This document shows, in pieces, positions 8,674 to 18,608 of a stretch of DNA of 46,339 bases. The translations under genes and the position numbers were made by a program. The first letter of the stretch is position 1, and every line of letters begins with the position of its first letter. The notes below the pieces were generated by a model. The model was not told where the DNA came from, did no database searches, and saw nothing but the letters and a program-made list of their open reading frames with translations. This DNA comes from a virus. Its lineage: Duplodnaviria > Caudoviricetes. The stretch is taken from positions 1-46,339 of IMG/VR virus record IMGVR_UViG_3300036786_000120, one strand, 5' to 3'.

Positions 8674-8733
8674 CGCCGCCGCCTCCCGACGCCGAAGTTC
8701 GCCGGCTTCTATCCAATCTCCTGACCCCGCACC

Positions 8734-11700
8734 ATGGGAACCTCCGTCACCGAACTCCGGGGCCGCGCCAGCCTGGACGATTCCGACTACCAGGCCGGCC
8801 TGCGCCGGATGGAATCGACCACTCAGGAGAGCGGCCGGGCGCTGGAGAAGGCGAACGCCGGCTCGGCGCGGGGCATCGTGGCTATCTGGCGGGAGGTGGC
8901 CAAGGAACAAGAGAAAGGCGCCCGCGCCGCCGCGAAAGCGGAGGAACAGGCGGCGCGAGACAAAGCGCGGTCCGAGCAGCAGGCGGCCCGGGAAGCGACG
9001 AAAGCCGCGCGCGATGGAGCGCGAGAGCGGGAGCAGGCAGGCCGGGAAGCGGTCCGCGCCGAGATGCAATTCGCCCGGGAGTGGGAGGCCGCGGAGCGCG
9101 AGGCCGCGGCGGCCGTCGCCCAGGCCCACCGGGACGCGGCCCGCCAGGCGGCGCAGAGCGCGCGGGAAGCGGCCCAGGCCGAGCGCCAGGCGCTGCAGCA
9201 GGCCCGGCAGGACTTCCGCTCGGCGTTCGGTAACGCCGGTCGGGACCTGACCGTCGGCGTGACGCTGCCGATCCTGGCCGTGGGCGCGGCCTCGTTGAAG
9301 GCCGCGATCGACACAGAGGAGCAGTTCAACAAGGTCGAGCGGATCTTCGGCAGCAGCGCGAAAACCGTAGAGGCATGGGCGAAGACCACGGCCGGCAGCA
9401 TGGCTGTCAGCCAGCGGGAGGCGCTCGCCACCGCGGGGAGCTTCGGGAACCTCTTCGACACGATCGGCCTTGGCCACGCGCAAGCCGCGCAGATGTCGGT
9501 GAGGCTGGTTCAACTCGCCGCGGATCTCGGTTCCCTTCACCACATCGGGACCGCTGAAGCCCTGGAGAAGATCCAGTCCGGCCTGGTGGGTATGAGCCGC
9601 CCACTCCGCGAAGTGGGGGTGCTCCTGACCGAGGAGCGGGTCAAGCAGGAAGCCTGGCGCTCGGGGCTCGCTCCCGCCGGGGAAGAGCTTTCCGAGCAAG
9701 CGAAGGTGTTGGCTCGCTACAACCTCATCTTGCGGGATTCCGCGAACGCGAACGGAGACTTTGCGCGAACCCACGACAGCGCTGCGAACTCCATCAAGGC
9801 GTTGCTCGCCGAACTGGACGACGAAGCGGCAGCGTTGGGGAAGGATCTCATCCCCGCTGTAAAGGACGCGGCGAAGACCGCTCGGGAGCTCCTCCACGAG
9901 TGGAACCAGCTTCCGGCACCGGTGAAGAAGCTCGCGATTGAGGCCCTCGCGGCAGCCGCCGCGTTCGGCCCGATTATCCTCGCCGTCGAACGGCTGGTGA
10001 CCACCGCAAAAGGCCTCGCGGCCATACCCACTTTGATCCGCGGGATCAGCGGCGCCGCGGGCGCCGGCACGGGCGGCGGAGGTGTGGGCGGCGCGATCGC
10101 CGCGGGGGGCGGCGGCGCCGCCGGAGCGGCCGGAGTAGCGGCGGGGGCCGGGGCGGTGGTCGCGGGGGCGGCGATCACCGCCGCAGCGCTCGACACCACG
10201 CGGCACCTGCGCGGTGAAAAGGCCGCGGAGGCCGCGATCCGCAAGGAGACGGACCTATCAGCCGAAGAGCGTCGCGCCTTGATCCAGGAGCAGCGCATCA
10301 AGTCGGTTACGACGGATCTCCCCTGGTATCTCAAGTGGGTGCCAGCGGCCGGACTCGGACCGAAGGCCCCGAAGCTCACCGACCAAGAAAAGGCACTCGT
10401 CAGCGGCGTGCGGTCGCGCCAGGCGGCGCAGGCCGCGGCGCAGGCGGCGACGGCCGGTGGTGCTGACGACGGCGCGCGCCCCGGTGACGGTCCGGTCCCA
10501 CCCAGCGCCAGAGCTCTCGCGCAGGAAGCCGCCCGCACCTTCGAAGGGCAGCTCGACCGCGCGCGAGCCGCAGCGCTGGCCGCTCCGGACGACGAGAAAG
10601 CGCAGGCCGAAGCTCAGCAGATGATTCCCGTCCTGCAGCGCCGCCAGCAGGAGCTGAAGAAGGCGAAGGACGAGGCAGGGACCGACGCGGAGAAGCTGGC
10701 GCAGCTCGACAAGGAATCCGGGGCAGTCGATCTCCAGATCGCGGAGCTCCAGAGCCGGGCAACCAAAGAGCGCGCGCAGAACTCCAAGCATCAGGCGGAG
10801 CGGGAGAAGCAGGCGCAGGGGCGGATCCGCACGACGCGGGCGGCGCTGCTGGACGCCCAGGTCCAGGCCGCCCGAGACTCAGTGGCCGGCGGTCCGGAGG
10901 AGACGCACGCCCAGGCGGAGGCGGCGGCCGTGGTCCCCATGCTGCTCGCCAGGAAGCAGGCGCTGCTGCAGGAGGCGCAGGAGCTCGTCCCGCAGTTCGA
11001 CGCGACGTATCAGGCGCAGGAGCAGTATACCCGCCTGGAAGTGCAGGCGGGCGAGGTCCAGCGGCAGATCAACGGGCTGGAGCAGGACGCCGCCAAAGAG
11101 AAGCTGAAGAACGCCAAGCAGGCCGCGAAGGACCGTGAGGAAGCGGTCAAGGCCTACTTCGGCGCGCAGCAGGAGCTGGCGAAAGCAGTGGTCGGGGCGC
11201 AGCCGCAGGAGCGGCAGGCCGCGGCGGCCGTGAAGGAGCTCGTCCCGGCGCTGGAGCAGGAGCAGAAGTTCGTGCTGGCGGAGCTCCAGTCCGGACAGCT
11301 TTCGGCGACCGAGTACCTGAAGGAGCAGAAAGGGTACTGGGAGATGCAGGGCGAGATCAACCACACCAAGGAGCGGGCCGCGCAGGTCGAGAAGGAGCAG
11401 CTCGAGAAGTCCCGGGAAGCGCAGCGGAAAGCGGTGCAGGAGGCGCGCGGGCTGGCCAGCGCCCGCACGGCGTTGATCGAGGCGGAGGTCAAGAACTTCC
11501 AGACCGCCTTCGGCGGGAACGAGCGGCAGGCCTCCCGCTACGTGCTCCCCGCGCTGGTCAGCGAGTTCAAGCAGGCCTACCGCCCGCTGGCGGGCGAGAC
11601 CGAGACGGAGCGGCTGCAGCGGCTCACCGAGGGGGAGAACCTCGGCGGCAAGATTCTGGACACCGCGCGGAAGGCCGGACTGGACCCGCGGGCGGTCTAT

Positions 11701-11913
11701 CGCGACCTGGCCGCGCTCTCCCGCGACGCCGGGGCCGGACCGCAGTCCACCTCCGCGGCGAAGAAGGCCCCGGGGCAGAACGGGAACACGAGCAACGTCT
11801 TCACGTTCCCGATCGTCGTGCCGCCGCTCGGGCAGGTCACGCCCCAGGAGCGGCGGCTGATCCATGACGAGGTGGACCGGCGGCTTGATGAGCTGGCGGC
11901 GATGCGGAGGTAA
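8734..11913 (+). CDS. Tape measure protein
   Basis: 1059 aa Ala/Gln/Glu-rich helical protein; core 'LVQLAADLGS..EALEKIQSGLVG..GDFART' motif. Confidence 0.9.
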   Translation: MGTSVTELRGRASLDDSDYQAGLRRMESTTQESGRALEKANAGSARGIVAIWREVAKEQEKGARAAAKAEEQAARDKARSEQQAAREATKAARDGAREREQAGREAVRAEMQFAREWEAAEREAAAAVAQAHRDAARQAAQSAREAAQAERQALQQARQDFRSAFGNAGRDLTVGVTLPILAVGAASLKAAIDTEEQFNKVERIFGSSAKTVEAWAKTTAGSMAVSQREALATAGSFGNLFDTIGLGHAQAAQMSVRLVQLAADLGSLHHIGTAEALEKIQSGLVGMSRPLREVGVLLTEERVKQEAWRSGLAPAGEELSEQAKVLARYNLILRDSANANGDFARTHDSAANSIKALLAELDDEAAALGKDLIPAVKDAAKTARELLHEWNQLPAPVKKLAIEALAAAAAFGPIILAVERLVTTAKGLAAIPTLIRGISGAAGAGTGGGGVGGAIAAGGGGAAGAAGVAAGAGAVVAGAAITAAALDTTRHLRGEKAAEAAIRKETDLSAEERRALIQEQRIKSVTTDLPWYLKWVPAAGLGPKAPKLTDQEKALVSGVRSRQAAQAAAQAATAGGADDGARPGDGPVPPSARALAQEAARTFEGQLDRARAAALAAPDDEKAQAEAQQMIPVLQRRQQELKKAKDEAGTDAEKLAQLDKESGAVDLQIAELQSRATKERAQNSKHQAEREKQAQGRIRTTRAALLDAQVQAARDSVAGGPEETHAQAEAAAVVPMLLARKQALLQEAQELVPQFDATYQAQEQYTRLEVQAGEVQRQINGLEQDAAKEKLKNAKQAAKDREEAVKAYFGAQQELAKAVVGAQPQERQAAAAVKELVPALEQEQKFVLAELQSGQLSATEYLKEQKGYWEMQGEINHTKERAAQVEKEQLEKSREAQRKAVQEARGLASARTALIEAEVKNFQTAFGGNERQASRYVLPALVSEFKQAYRPLAGETETERLQRLTEGENLGGKILDTARKAGLDPRAVYRDLAALSRDAGAGPQSTSAAKKAPGQNGNTSNVFTFPIVVPPLGQVTPQERRLIHDEVDRRLDELAAMRR

Positions 11914-11915
11914 CG

Positions 11916-11975
11916 CAAAACCTTTCCACATCCTCTACGGGGCGTACGCCTTGCCCGTATGGGTGGAAGGTTTTG
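11916..11975. repeat. Palindromic element copy 2
   Basis: Differs from copy 1 by 3 substitutions and a 1-nt deletion; 2 nt after tape measure stop. Confidence 0.9.
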
Positions 11976-11996
11976 GCCGGCGACAGGCCCTTCCTG

Positions 11997-13850
11997 ATGG
12001 CGATCACCTACCGCGGCCAGCTCTGCAGCGCCTTCAGCACCGCCTCCGGATCGGCTCCCGGCAACCAGTCGGGAGCGGCCGCGTTCCAGACGTACGACGT
12101 TGGCGCCGTCACGATGGACGCGCTGTTCGTTTACGCGGTCGCGCCGGCCGCTCTCATCATCGACACCCTTGAGACGATCGCGCAGAACGGCCCGGGCACG
12201 GACGACGGTCTCGTGGTTCAGCTAAGGCAGGGTAACGTCAACGCCGGCGACACGCTGATCGCCGCGGCGTGGGCCTGGGCGGCGGTGACGTTCCAGACCT
12301 TCAGAGCCTTCGTGAGCAACCCGGGTCCGGACTACGACCGCGCCATTCCCTACGACGCGCAGCATTGGGACGGCCGCCCGGTCGACAGCGGGACTCACCA
12401 GCACGTCTTCGTCTCCATGCCGTGCCGGGTGAATCCCACCCTGGCGCTGCTGTTCGTCGCCTACCTCGGCCCGGACACGGCCGGCCGGATCGACACTCCT
12501 GCAGGCTGGACCCCGTTGCCGGCGCTGACGGGAGGCGCCCCCGGGGAGACGCAGCGGACCGTCGCGGCGTTCTACCGCGTGGTGGACGACTGCTCGCCGG
12601 TGGACTGCACGCTGACGCTGCACGGCGCCGGCGCCGGCGCCCGCTACTACGCCAGCCTGATTCTCGTCGGCCAGGCGCAGGCCTCGGGAACGGACAACTC
12701 CCTTTCGGCGACGCTGTGCTCCGCGCCGGCGGCCGAGCCGTCCCTGGCGATGCCGGCAGCCGGGACGAACCGTGGCTGGTACTCGCTCGACTGCGCGCTC
12801 CTGAAGGGGAAACAGTGGGGCTCCCTGGTCTGCCCCTCAGCGGCGAACGACAATTGGGGCCGGCTCTGGTGGGTGCGCTGGTCCGGCGACTATCCGCCGG
12901 TCCCGGATAGCCCGGTGGAGATCCTGACGGAGGGCGTGTTCGGCGCGGGGCTGCTGGCCGGCGATGACCGCGGCCTGTTCGCGTTCTACACCTTGGCGTC
13001 CTCGCCCAACCGCCTCCGCTACCGACGCAGCCAGGACGGCGGCGCCACCTGGTCCGCGGAAGTCCAGGTGATCGACGGCGGCGGCCCCGGGAGCGCGATC
13101 GCGACCGCAAAGCCCTCCGACAGCAACAACGCGCTCCCGGTGGTCCTACTCTCCAACGGCCGCGTGGTCGCCGGCAGCCGGCTCCTGCAGTGGGACGACG
13201 GCGCGGAGGAATGGACGTTCCTGGCCACCCTCGCGAATACCACGCCGACGGGCGGATCGAGCCAGACTCTGGCGGCCACCGGCGACAGCTTGCAGCTCCT
13301 GCGGGACCGAACGGTGATGCGGGCGCGGAGCGCGAGCACGCTCCTCCGGGCGGGGAGCATCCTCGACGACGGCACGGTCAACTCGGACCTGCGGACGCCC
13401 CCGCCGGCCGGGCCACACGTGGCGCTGACGGCTTTTCAGGCGGCGTGGATCAACGCGCAGGCCGGCCTGCTCCTCGCGCTGCGCGTCCGGGCGCCGGGCA
13501 TCAACGGCGCGGTGATCTTTCATCCCCTGCTCTCTCCGCGGTCCTACTCCTGGCGCGTCTACCAACTCGATTCCGACGAGCTTTACGCGCTGAGTGGTAG
13601 CGGCGGCGACCTCGGCGTCAACGTGGGCGACGAGCGGCAGTGGGAAGGGCCGGCTACCCTCTGGTGGGACCCGGACAGCCTCACCGCCTACGGCGCCAGC
13701 GCCCACGCCTACTCCAACGGCGTCTGCCGTCTCCGGATCGACGCGGCCGGCATCTGGTGGCTCTTGCGGCCGGACACAACGGGAGCGCTCCGGTTCGCGC
13801 GGGGCCGCCGTCTGACGCCGTGGGGCACGATGGCCTGGGACGGGAAGTGA
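11997..13850 (+). CDS. Tail/tail-tip protein with Asp-box (BNR) motif
   Basis: 'RSQDGGATWS' Asp-box, beta-rich; follows tape measure; start could be TTG 11973. Confidence 0.65.
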   Translation: MAITYRGQLCSAFSTASGSAPGNQSGAAAFQTYDVGAVTMDALFVYAVAPAALIIDTLETIAQNGPGTDDGLVVQLRQGNVNAGDTLIAAAWAWAAVTFQTFRAFVSNPGPDYDRAIPYDAQHWDGRPVDSGTHQHVFVSMPCRVNPTLALLFVAYLGPDTAGRIDTPAGWTPLPALTGGAPGETQRTVAAFYRVVDDCSPVDCTLTLHGAGAGARYYASLILVGQAQASGTDNSLSATLCSAPAAEPSLAMPAAGTNRGWYSLDCALLKGKQWGSLVCPSAANDNWGRLWWVRWSGDYPPVPDSPVEILTEGVFGAGLLAGDDRGLFAFYTLASSPNRLRYRRSQDGGATWSAEVQVIDGGGPGSAIATAKPSDSNNALPVVLLSNGRVVAGSRLLQWDDGAEEWTFLATLANTTPTGGSSQTLAATGDSLQLLRDRTVMRARSASTLLRAGSILDDGTVNSDLRTPPPAGPHVALTAFQAAWINAQAGLLLALRVRAPGINGAVIFHPLLSPRSYSWRVYQLDSDELYALSGSGGDLGVNVGDERQWEGPATLWWDPDSLTAYGASAHAYSNGVCRLRIDAAGIWWLLRPDTTGALRFARGRRLTPWGTMAWDGK

Positions 13851-13876
13851 TGTTCGGCGTTAGGCGTTGGGAAGTC

Positions 13877-13912
13877 AGGGCCGCTCCGCCGAGGAGCGGC
13901 CCTTCGTCGTTT
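13877..13912 (+). terminator. Intrinsic-terminator-like hairpin
   Basis: AGGGCCGCTCC/GGAGCGGCCCT 11-bp stem then TCGTCGTTT. Confidence 0.55.
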
Positions 13913-13950
13913 CTGGCCGCTGTTTTCCTGGCTGCTTCCTTGGCTGAACC

Positions 13951-16134
13951 ATGGCACTCCTCGGCGGCCGAATCCAGCCCCTTATCGACCTGCGGCTGCT
14001 CGATGCCGGCGAGGGGGATCCGGTCGTCACGGACCGCGGGTTCTCCTGGTACGACATCCTGGCGAACAGCTATGGCCTGGGGAAACCGAGCCGGAACACC
14101 CGGCGGGTGCCGCTGCTGGAGTGGCTGCCCGGGATCGGGCTCTCCTGCCGCACCTTCTTCGTGGCGCAGGATACCCTCCTCGTCAACTGGACCACCAGCG
14201 GTGGGCTCTGGTACCAGTCCAAGCCCGGGTCCGGCCGCTACCGGAACACGCGGCTGTATCAACAGGATACCGGCGCCACGGTCCAGTGGTCCGCCACCTC
14301 GCGAAGCTCCCAGCGCCAGAACCCGAGCTTCGCGGTCCTGCTGACGCCTTCAGACATGCCGCCCGACTACGATACGACGACGGTCGAGCCGTTCGTGCGG
14401 GTGGAGTTCGGCAGCGGCGCCTACCGGTTCGGCGTGAAGCTGGACAAAGACGGCCGCTGCTACCTGGAGCAATTCGACCTCACCGTCAACGACTGGCAGC
14501 ACGTGATGGACCTACCGGCGCCGCCGAAGGCGGCCGGGCTCTCCGACGGCGAGCAGCTCCTGATCGGCGTGCGCTGCAAGCGCGGCCAGGTCGGCGTCTC
14601 AGTGGATTGGGGCCAGACGCACACCTGGTACGGCACTCCCGGGACGATCGCGATCCCCGGCGCTCCCGCGACGGTGCGCGGCGCCGGCGGGGCGATCGAT
14701 TTCCTGCTCGGCGAGCTGCGGGAGTATACCGCGACCTGGGACAGCCCGCGGCAGCCGACTCTCACCAGCTCGATCTTGGGCTCCGCGCTGGTGGACGGCT
14801 GGTATGAGGCGCCTCCGGGCAGCAGCCTCACATTCACCGACACCTCGGATACCCTCGCCGCGCTGGCCGGCTACCGCGCCACCTTCACCGTCAACCCGGA
14901 CGGGCAGGGCCCGGTGCTCTACAGCACCACGTTCCGCTATCTCACGCAGAGCGTGGTCGGTGCGGCGACCTACACCACGCCATGGACGGGCGCGGTCAAC
15001 AGCGGCCACGGTCGCGCCACCGAAGTCCGGATCCGCAAGCCGGAATCGCTGCGGGAATCGACCTGCACGGTCCGGATCAAGCTGAACTCGGGCGACACGC
15101 CGATCACGGCGCTCCGCCGGCGGAAGCTCCAGGTCCGGCTCGGTTACCGGGTCTACACCGACCCCACCGACGACACTGTCTACGCCGATCACTGGTGGAC
15201 GGCCTTCACCGGCTACACCGGGCTGCCGGAGTTCGAACAGGGCGAGTTCGGCGGCTGCTGGATGACCGTCACGGCCACGGCCGCGGCGCATTGGACGAAG
15301 ACGGAGTGGTGGCCCACCGACGTGCGCCCGCTGGGCGGGCGGCCGGTGAACGACGCCGCGGATGTGGTGCTGGAATCGGAGGGCATCAGCGGCCTGAACC
15401 TGCCGCTGTACCGCAACTGGGATCCGCTGGGCGATGCGTTCATTCTCGACACCGGCACGCCGGAGGAGCCGTTCGAGCTGATCCGGCCCACGGAAGACAA
15501 GTGGACCACGCTGGAGCGCCTGTTCTCGTATCCGGAGCTCGAGCTAGGGATTGACGACGAGGCGGTGCTGTTCACGCTGCAGCGGAACCCGGACGGCACG
15601 CCGGCGACCACCGGCGTCTTCCACGATTACCACGCCAGCGGCGCGGATTCGGTGGACCTGGAGAAGATGCTCCAGGAGGCCAAGAACCGCCTCGACTACG
15701 ATCAGAGCGGCACCGCGGTGATGATCTCGGCGCGGTCACAGGCGGACGGCACGGCGATCCGGGTCTACGCGGTCGACACCTACGCCGAGGACAAGGCCGC
15801 CGCCGGCGACGACCGGTTCTGCCCGTGGCGGGAGGCCGGGCCGGACGGCCAGCAGGAGATATCCGACCCCTGCAATGCCGCCATGTTGATCTACAAAGTC
15901 GGCCAGGCCGCCTACCGGCTCTTCCCGCTGAAATGGGAGCCGGAGCTTGTCGCGTTCCTCAACCTGAACGTCGGCCGGCGGGACACGATCCGCGTCCATG
16001 GCACCGCGGACCAGGCGCTGCCGGACACGACGGAATGCGTGGTGATGACCGCAGACCACCTGGTCAAAGTGGAGCTGGATGGGACCTCCTGCTCCCTCGA
16101 TTCGAGCTTTGGCCTCTTCTGGACCCCGTCATGA
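13951..16134 (+). CDS. Minor tail / hub-like protein (727 aa)
   Basis: Long beta-rich ORF in tail module. Confidence 0.65.
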   Translation: MALLGGRIQPLIDLRLLDAGEGDPVVTDRGFSWYDILANSYGLGKPSRNTRRVPLLEWLPGIGLSCRTFFVAQDTLLVNWTTSGGLWYQSKPGSGRYRNTRLYQQDTGATVQWSATSRSSQRQNPSFAVLLTPSDMPPDYDTTTVEPFVRVEFGSGAYRFGVKLDKDGRCYLEQFDLTVNDWQHVMDLPAPPKAAGLSDGEQLLIGVRCKRGQVGVSVDWGQTHTWYGTPGTIAIPGAPATVRGAGGAIDFLLGELREYTATWDSPRQPTLTSSILGSALVDGWYEAPPGSSLTFTDTSDTLAALAGYRATFTVNPDGQGPVLYSTTFRYLTQSVVGAATYTTPWTGAVNSGHGRATEVRIRKPESLRESTCTVRIKLNSGDTPITALRRRKLQVRLGYRVYTDPTDDTVYADHWWTAFTGYTGLPEFEQGEFGGCWMTVTATAAAHWTKTEWWPTDVRPLGGRPVNDAADVVLESEGISGLNLPLYRNWDPLGDAFILDTGTPEEPFELIRPTEDKWTTLERLFSYPELELGIDDEAVLFTLQRNPDGTPATTGVFHDYHASGADSVDLEKMLQEAKNRLDYDQSGTAVMISARSQADGTAIRVYAVDTYAEDKAAAGDDRFCPWREAGPDGQQEISDPCNAAMLIYKVGQAAYRLFPLKWEPELVAFLNLNVGRRDTIRVHGTADQALPDTTECVVMTADHLVKVELDGTSCSLDSSFGLFWTPS

Positions 16135-16340
16135 TCCGCAGGAATCCGCTCACCGAAGACGAGCGCATCACGCTCCAGAAGGCCCGGCTGCAAGCGCAGC
16201 CCGGGCCTTCGTTCTCGAAGCCGATGGCGGGCGCTGGCGGCGGCATCCAGGCCGGGACAATGGACGGCAGCGGGGTCTTCACCCGCGCGGGCCTCACGAA
16301 CCTGGACCAGACCGGCAGCTTCACGACTGCGAAGGCATAG
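16131..16340 (+). CDS. Small tail-associated hypothetical protein
   Basis: ATGA overlap with upstream gene. Confidence 0.55.
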   Translation: MIRRNPLTEDERITLQKARLQAQPGPSFSKPMAGAGGGIQAGTMDGSGVFTRAGLTNLDQTGSFTTAKA

Positions 16341-16343
16341 CCC

Positions 16344-17225
16344 ATGGCCACGCCACTGGTCGGTAACAAGAACGACTTCAGCCAGGAGGTCATCACCGAC
16401 GCGCAGGCGGACGCCTGGAGCGACCAGAGCGACCTGCTGCACGGCGCGCTGTCCTGCCCGCTGGCTCACGGCCTGCTGCGCGCGGACTTCTTTACGCTGG
16501 CGAGCGTGGCCGGCAGCCTGCAGCTCGACATCCTTTCCGGGACCGACGGTGTGGGCTACGCCGTAGTGGGCGAGGCGGCGAACGAGATCCCGGTCCGCCA
16601 GATCGGCACCGTGCGAATCGGCGCCGACCAGGGCATCACCGCGAGCGCCACCAACCATATCTTCCTGAAGCGCGCGCCCTCCGTTCCGAGCGATCCGGCC
16701 ACGTGGTTCGTGGCGAACACCACCGGCACGCGCCCGGCGAACACCACGAAGGTCGGCACCGCCGTCTTCGGCACCACGGACGCCACCTCGGTCGACTACA
16801 CCACCGCTTCCGGCCGGATTCACCGCACGCCGGCGTCGATCGACAAGGCCCAGACCTGGGCGGGGCTGCAGACGTTCGGCGCCGGCATCGCGATGGCGGA
16901 CGGCCAGAACATCGTGCTGGGGACCGGCACCGGCACCAAAATCGGCACTTCCATCTCGCAGAAGCTGGGATTGTGGAACGCGGCGCCGATCGCGCGGCCG
17001 ACAGGCTTCACCCAGACCTACGCGACGGCGGACAAGACGCTCTCGGCGTACACGGCCAACGTGCAGAGCTCCGCGTACACGGGCGCCGCCGACGGGGAAG
17101 CGAAGCTGGCGGATCTCAACTCGCTCCGCGGGGCATACGAGAATCTGCGGGCGTTTGCGGAGGACCTGGCGCAGCTCGTCAACGCGCTGATCGACGACGA
17201 CCAGGCGTTGGGGCTGCGGGGGTAG
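16344..17225 (+). CDS. Tail fibre/spike-like protein
   Basis: Thr/Gly-rich with C-terminal coiled coil 'LAQLVNALIDD..ALGL'; last gene of late operon. Confidence 0.65.
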   Translation: MATPLVGNKNDFSQEVITDAQADAWSDQSDLLHGALSCPLAHGLLRADFFTLASVAGSLQLDILSGTDGVGYAVVGEAANEIPVRQIGTVRIGADQGITASATNHIFLKRAPSVPSDPATWFVANTTGTRPANTTKVGTAVFGTTDATSVDYTTASGRIHRTPASIDKAQTWAGLQTFGAGIAMADGQNIVLGTGTGTKIGTSISQKLGLWNAAPIARPTGFTQTYATADKTLSAYTANVQSSAYTGAADGEAKLADLNSLRGAYENLRAFAEDLAQLVNALIDDDQALGLRG

Positions 17226-17328
17226 GGAGCCGCGGGATTCCGCACCGAACCGCTCCCAGCGGAAACACGACATGGCCGCCGCTCCGGATGGCCGGATGCA
17301 ATCGGCGCATCCCGGTCCGAGATGGAAG

Positions 17329-17369
17329 AGAGCCGGCCCCGTTGACGCGGGGCCGGCTCTTGTCGTTTT
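17329..17369 (+). terminator. Late-operon terminator
   Basis: 13-bp stem AGAGCCGGCCCCG/CGGGGCCGGCTCT then TGTCGTTTT. Confidence 0.7.
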
Positions 17370-17385
17370 CTGGTTCGCCCACGCG

Positions 17386-17428
17386 CAAAACCTTTCGACC
17401 CGTACGGGCAGGCTGTGGAAAGGTTTTG
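17386..17428. repeat. Palindromic element copy 3 (short 43-bp form, reverse orientation)
   Basis: CAAAACCTTTCGAC-CCGTACGGGCAGGCT-GTGGAAAGGTTTTG. Confidence 0.9.
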
Positions 17429-17658
17429 GTGCTAATCGGGGAAGTCCAGCGCCAGGCGCGCCCGGCTCTCGGCGTACCGCTCCTCCGGCCTCACGCCGAC
17501 GCGCGCCTGCGGCGCCGCGGGCGGTCAAGGGTCGCAGGGTTGATCAACAGCGGTCCCGACGTGTAATTGCTCATCTCGTCTCCAGTCCTTTCTGCGCTTC
17601 GCGCGCCTTCGCCAGCGCGTTCCGCGGGGCCGGCTGGTGAGCGTGTAGGGCCGCTTCA

Positions 17659-17907
17659 TCAGCAGTCCTCCCATTGGCGCGTCTTCGGGTTAATCCAGCG
17701 GCAGACCAGGTTGTCCGGGTCTGAATAGTGCGCTGCGTACCGCGCGCCCGCCGCCTCATGCTCTGGGCTGCCGAATTGACAGCGATCTGCCTGGCGGAGG
17801 AGCTGCCGGGCAGTTTGACACCAGCGGCGGATATCAGCGCCGCGGCCGGCGCCGCATACGCAGCCGCACAGCAGCTCGATGGGTCCGGTTGGCTCAGACT
17901 CAGGCAT
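17659..17907 (-). CDS. Small Cys-rich hypothetical protein
   Basis: GGAG RBS; 'LLCGCVC', several Cys/His. Confidence 0.55.
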   Translation of the reverse strand: MPESEPTGPIELLCGCVCGAGRGADIRRWCQTARQLLRQADRCQFGSPEHEAAGARYAAHYSDPDNLVCRWINPKTRQWEDC

Positions 17908-18010
17908 TCTTGGGGTCTCCAGATAGGGTTGAGTGAGTGTGGGAAGGGGCCGGCGCCAGCCCGTAGGGGCCGGTGGGCAGTCCCGGCCGTTAGGATCGCA
18001 TTGAGGGCGA

Positions 18011-18448
18011 TTAGTCCTGCGAATCCCAGCCGCGCACGTCGGCGCGGCCGCTGCTCAGCAGCTCAATGTGCTTGCAGTTGAGGCCGACCGGACCGGTGCG
18101 GTAGGTGTGCTGGGGGCAGGAGCAGCTCCGCTCGGTGGTCTCGTAGACGGTGCCGCTCTGCAGGTTCAGGCAGTGGAAGTACCGGCCGCCGTCATCCAGC
18201 ACGAAGACGTACCCGTCCGCCTGGCTCTCCGCGCGGTCCGTCTGAATCGCCTGCTGCTCGGCGCGCCGCTCCTGCTGGCGCTGGGGATTCGCGGGGGCGA
18301 AGCTCACGAAGAAGCGCGCGTCCTTCTTGGACCGGCCGCTCTCTTCGACGGCGACGGCCGCGAAGCGCGGATTGGCGGACAGGCACCGCGCGAAGGAGGC
18401 GGCCCGCTCGCGGGAGAGGAGCTGGGTCCGGCTGGCAAGAATGGTCAT
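18011..18448 (-). CDS. SWIM zinc-finger protein
   Basis: CSCPQHTYRTGPVGLNCKHI = CxC..CxH SWIM motif; AAGGA RBS. Confidence 0.8.
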   Translation of the reverse strand: MTILASRTQLLSRERAASFARCLSANPRFAAVAVEESGRSKKDARFFVSFAPANPQRQQERRAEQQAIQTDRAESQADGYVFVLDDGGRYFHCLNLQSGTVYETTERSCSCPQHTYRTGPVGLNCKHIELLSSGRADVRGWDSQD

Positions 18449-18526
18449 CGGTGATCCTTTCGGGGGTCTCGGGAAGGGGAGCGCTTGGTTTTCGAGGCCT
18501 TGGGCGCTCCCCTTCTAACTGCTCTT

Positions 18527-18602
18527 ATATTACTCCTATCGAGAATGAATGGCAAGGGATTCGACCACGTTTCTGGACATTTATTTTCAATAGCGGTAAT
18601 GT
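18527..18602. promoter_or_regulatory. Divergent sigma70-type promoters with a shared spacer motif
   Basis: Minus TTGCCA-17-TAATAT; plus TGGACA-17-TAATGT; spacers carry CTATCGAGAATGAAT / CTATTGAAAATAAAT in inverted orientation. Confidence 0.65.
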
Positions 18603-18608
18603 GGGAGC

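Noticed and set aside
8674-10206. Long minus-strand ORF opposite the tape measure (likewise 29960-31753, 43082-44728, 6447-7742 and similar)
   Set aside because: Shadow ORFs expected at this GC content opposite well-supported genes; only the 8410-8673 part is credible
11997-17225. Diversity-generating retroelement acting on tail genes
   Set aside because: No reverse transcriptase and no TR/VR pair with adenine-specific differences seen
17486-17659. Tiny Arg-rich minus-strand ORFs (44 and 27 aa)
   Set aside because: They overlap each other, have no motif support and cannot be told from chance
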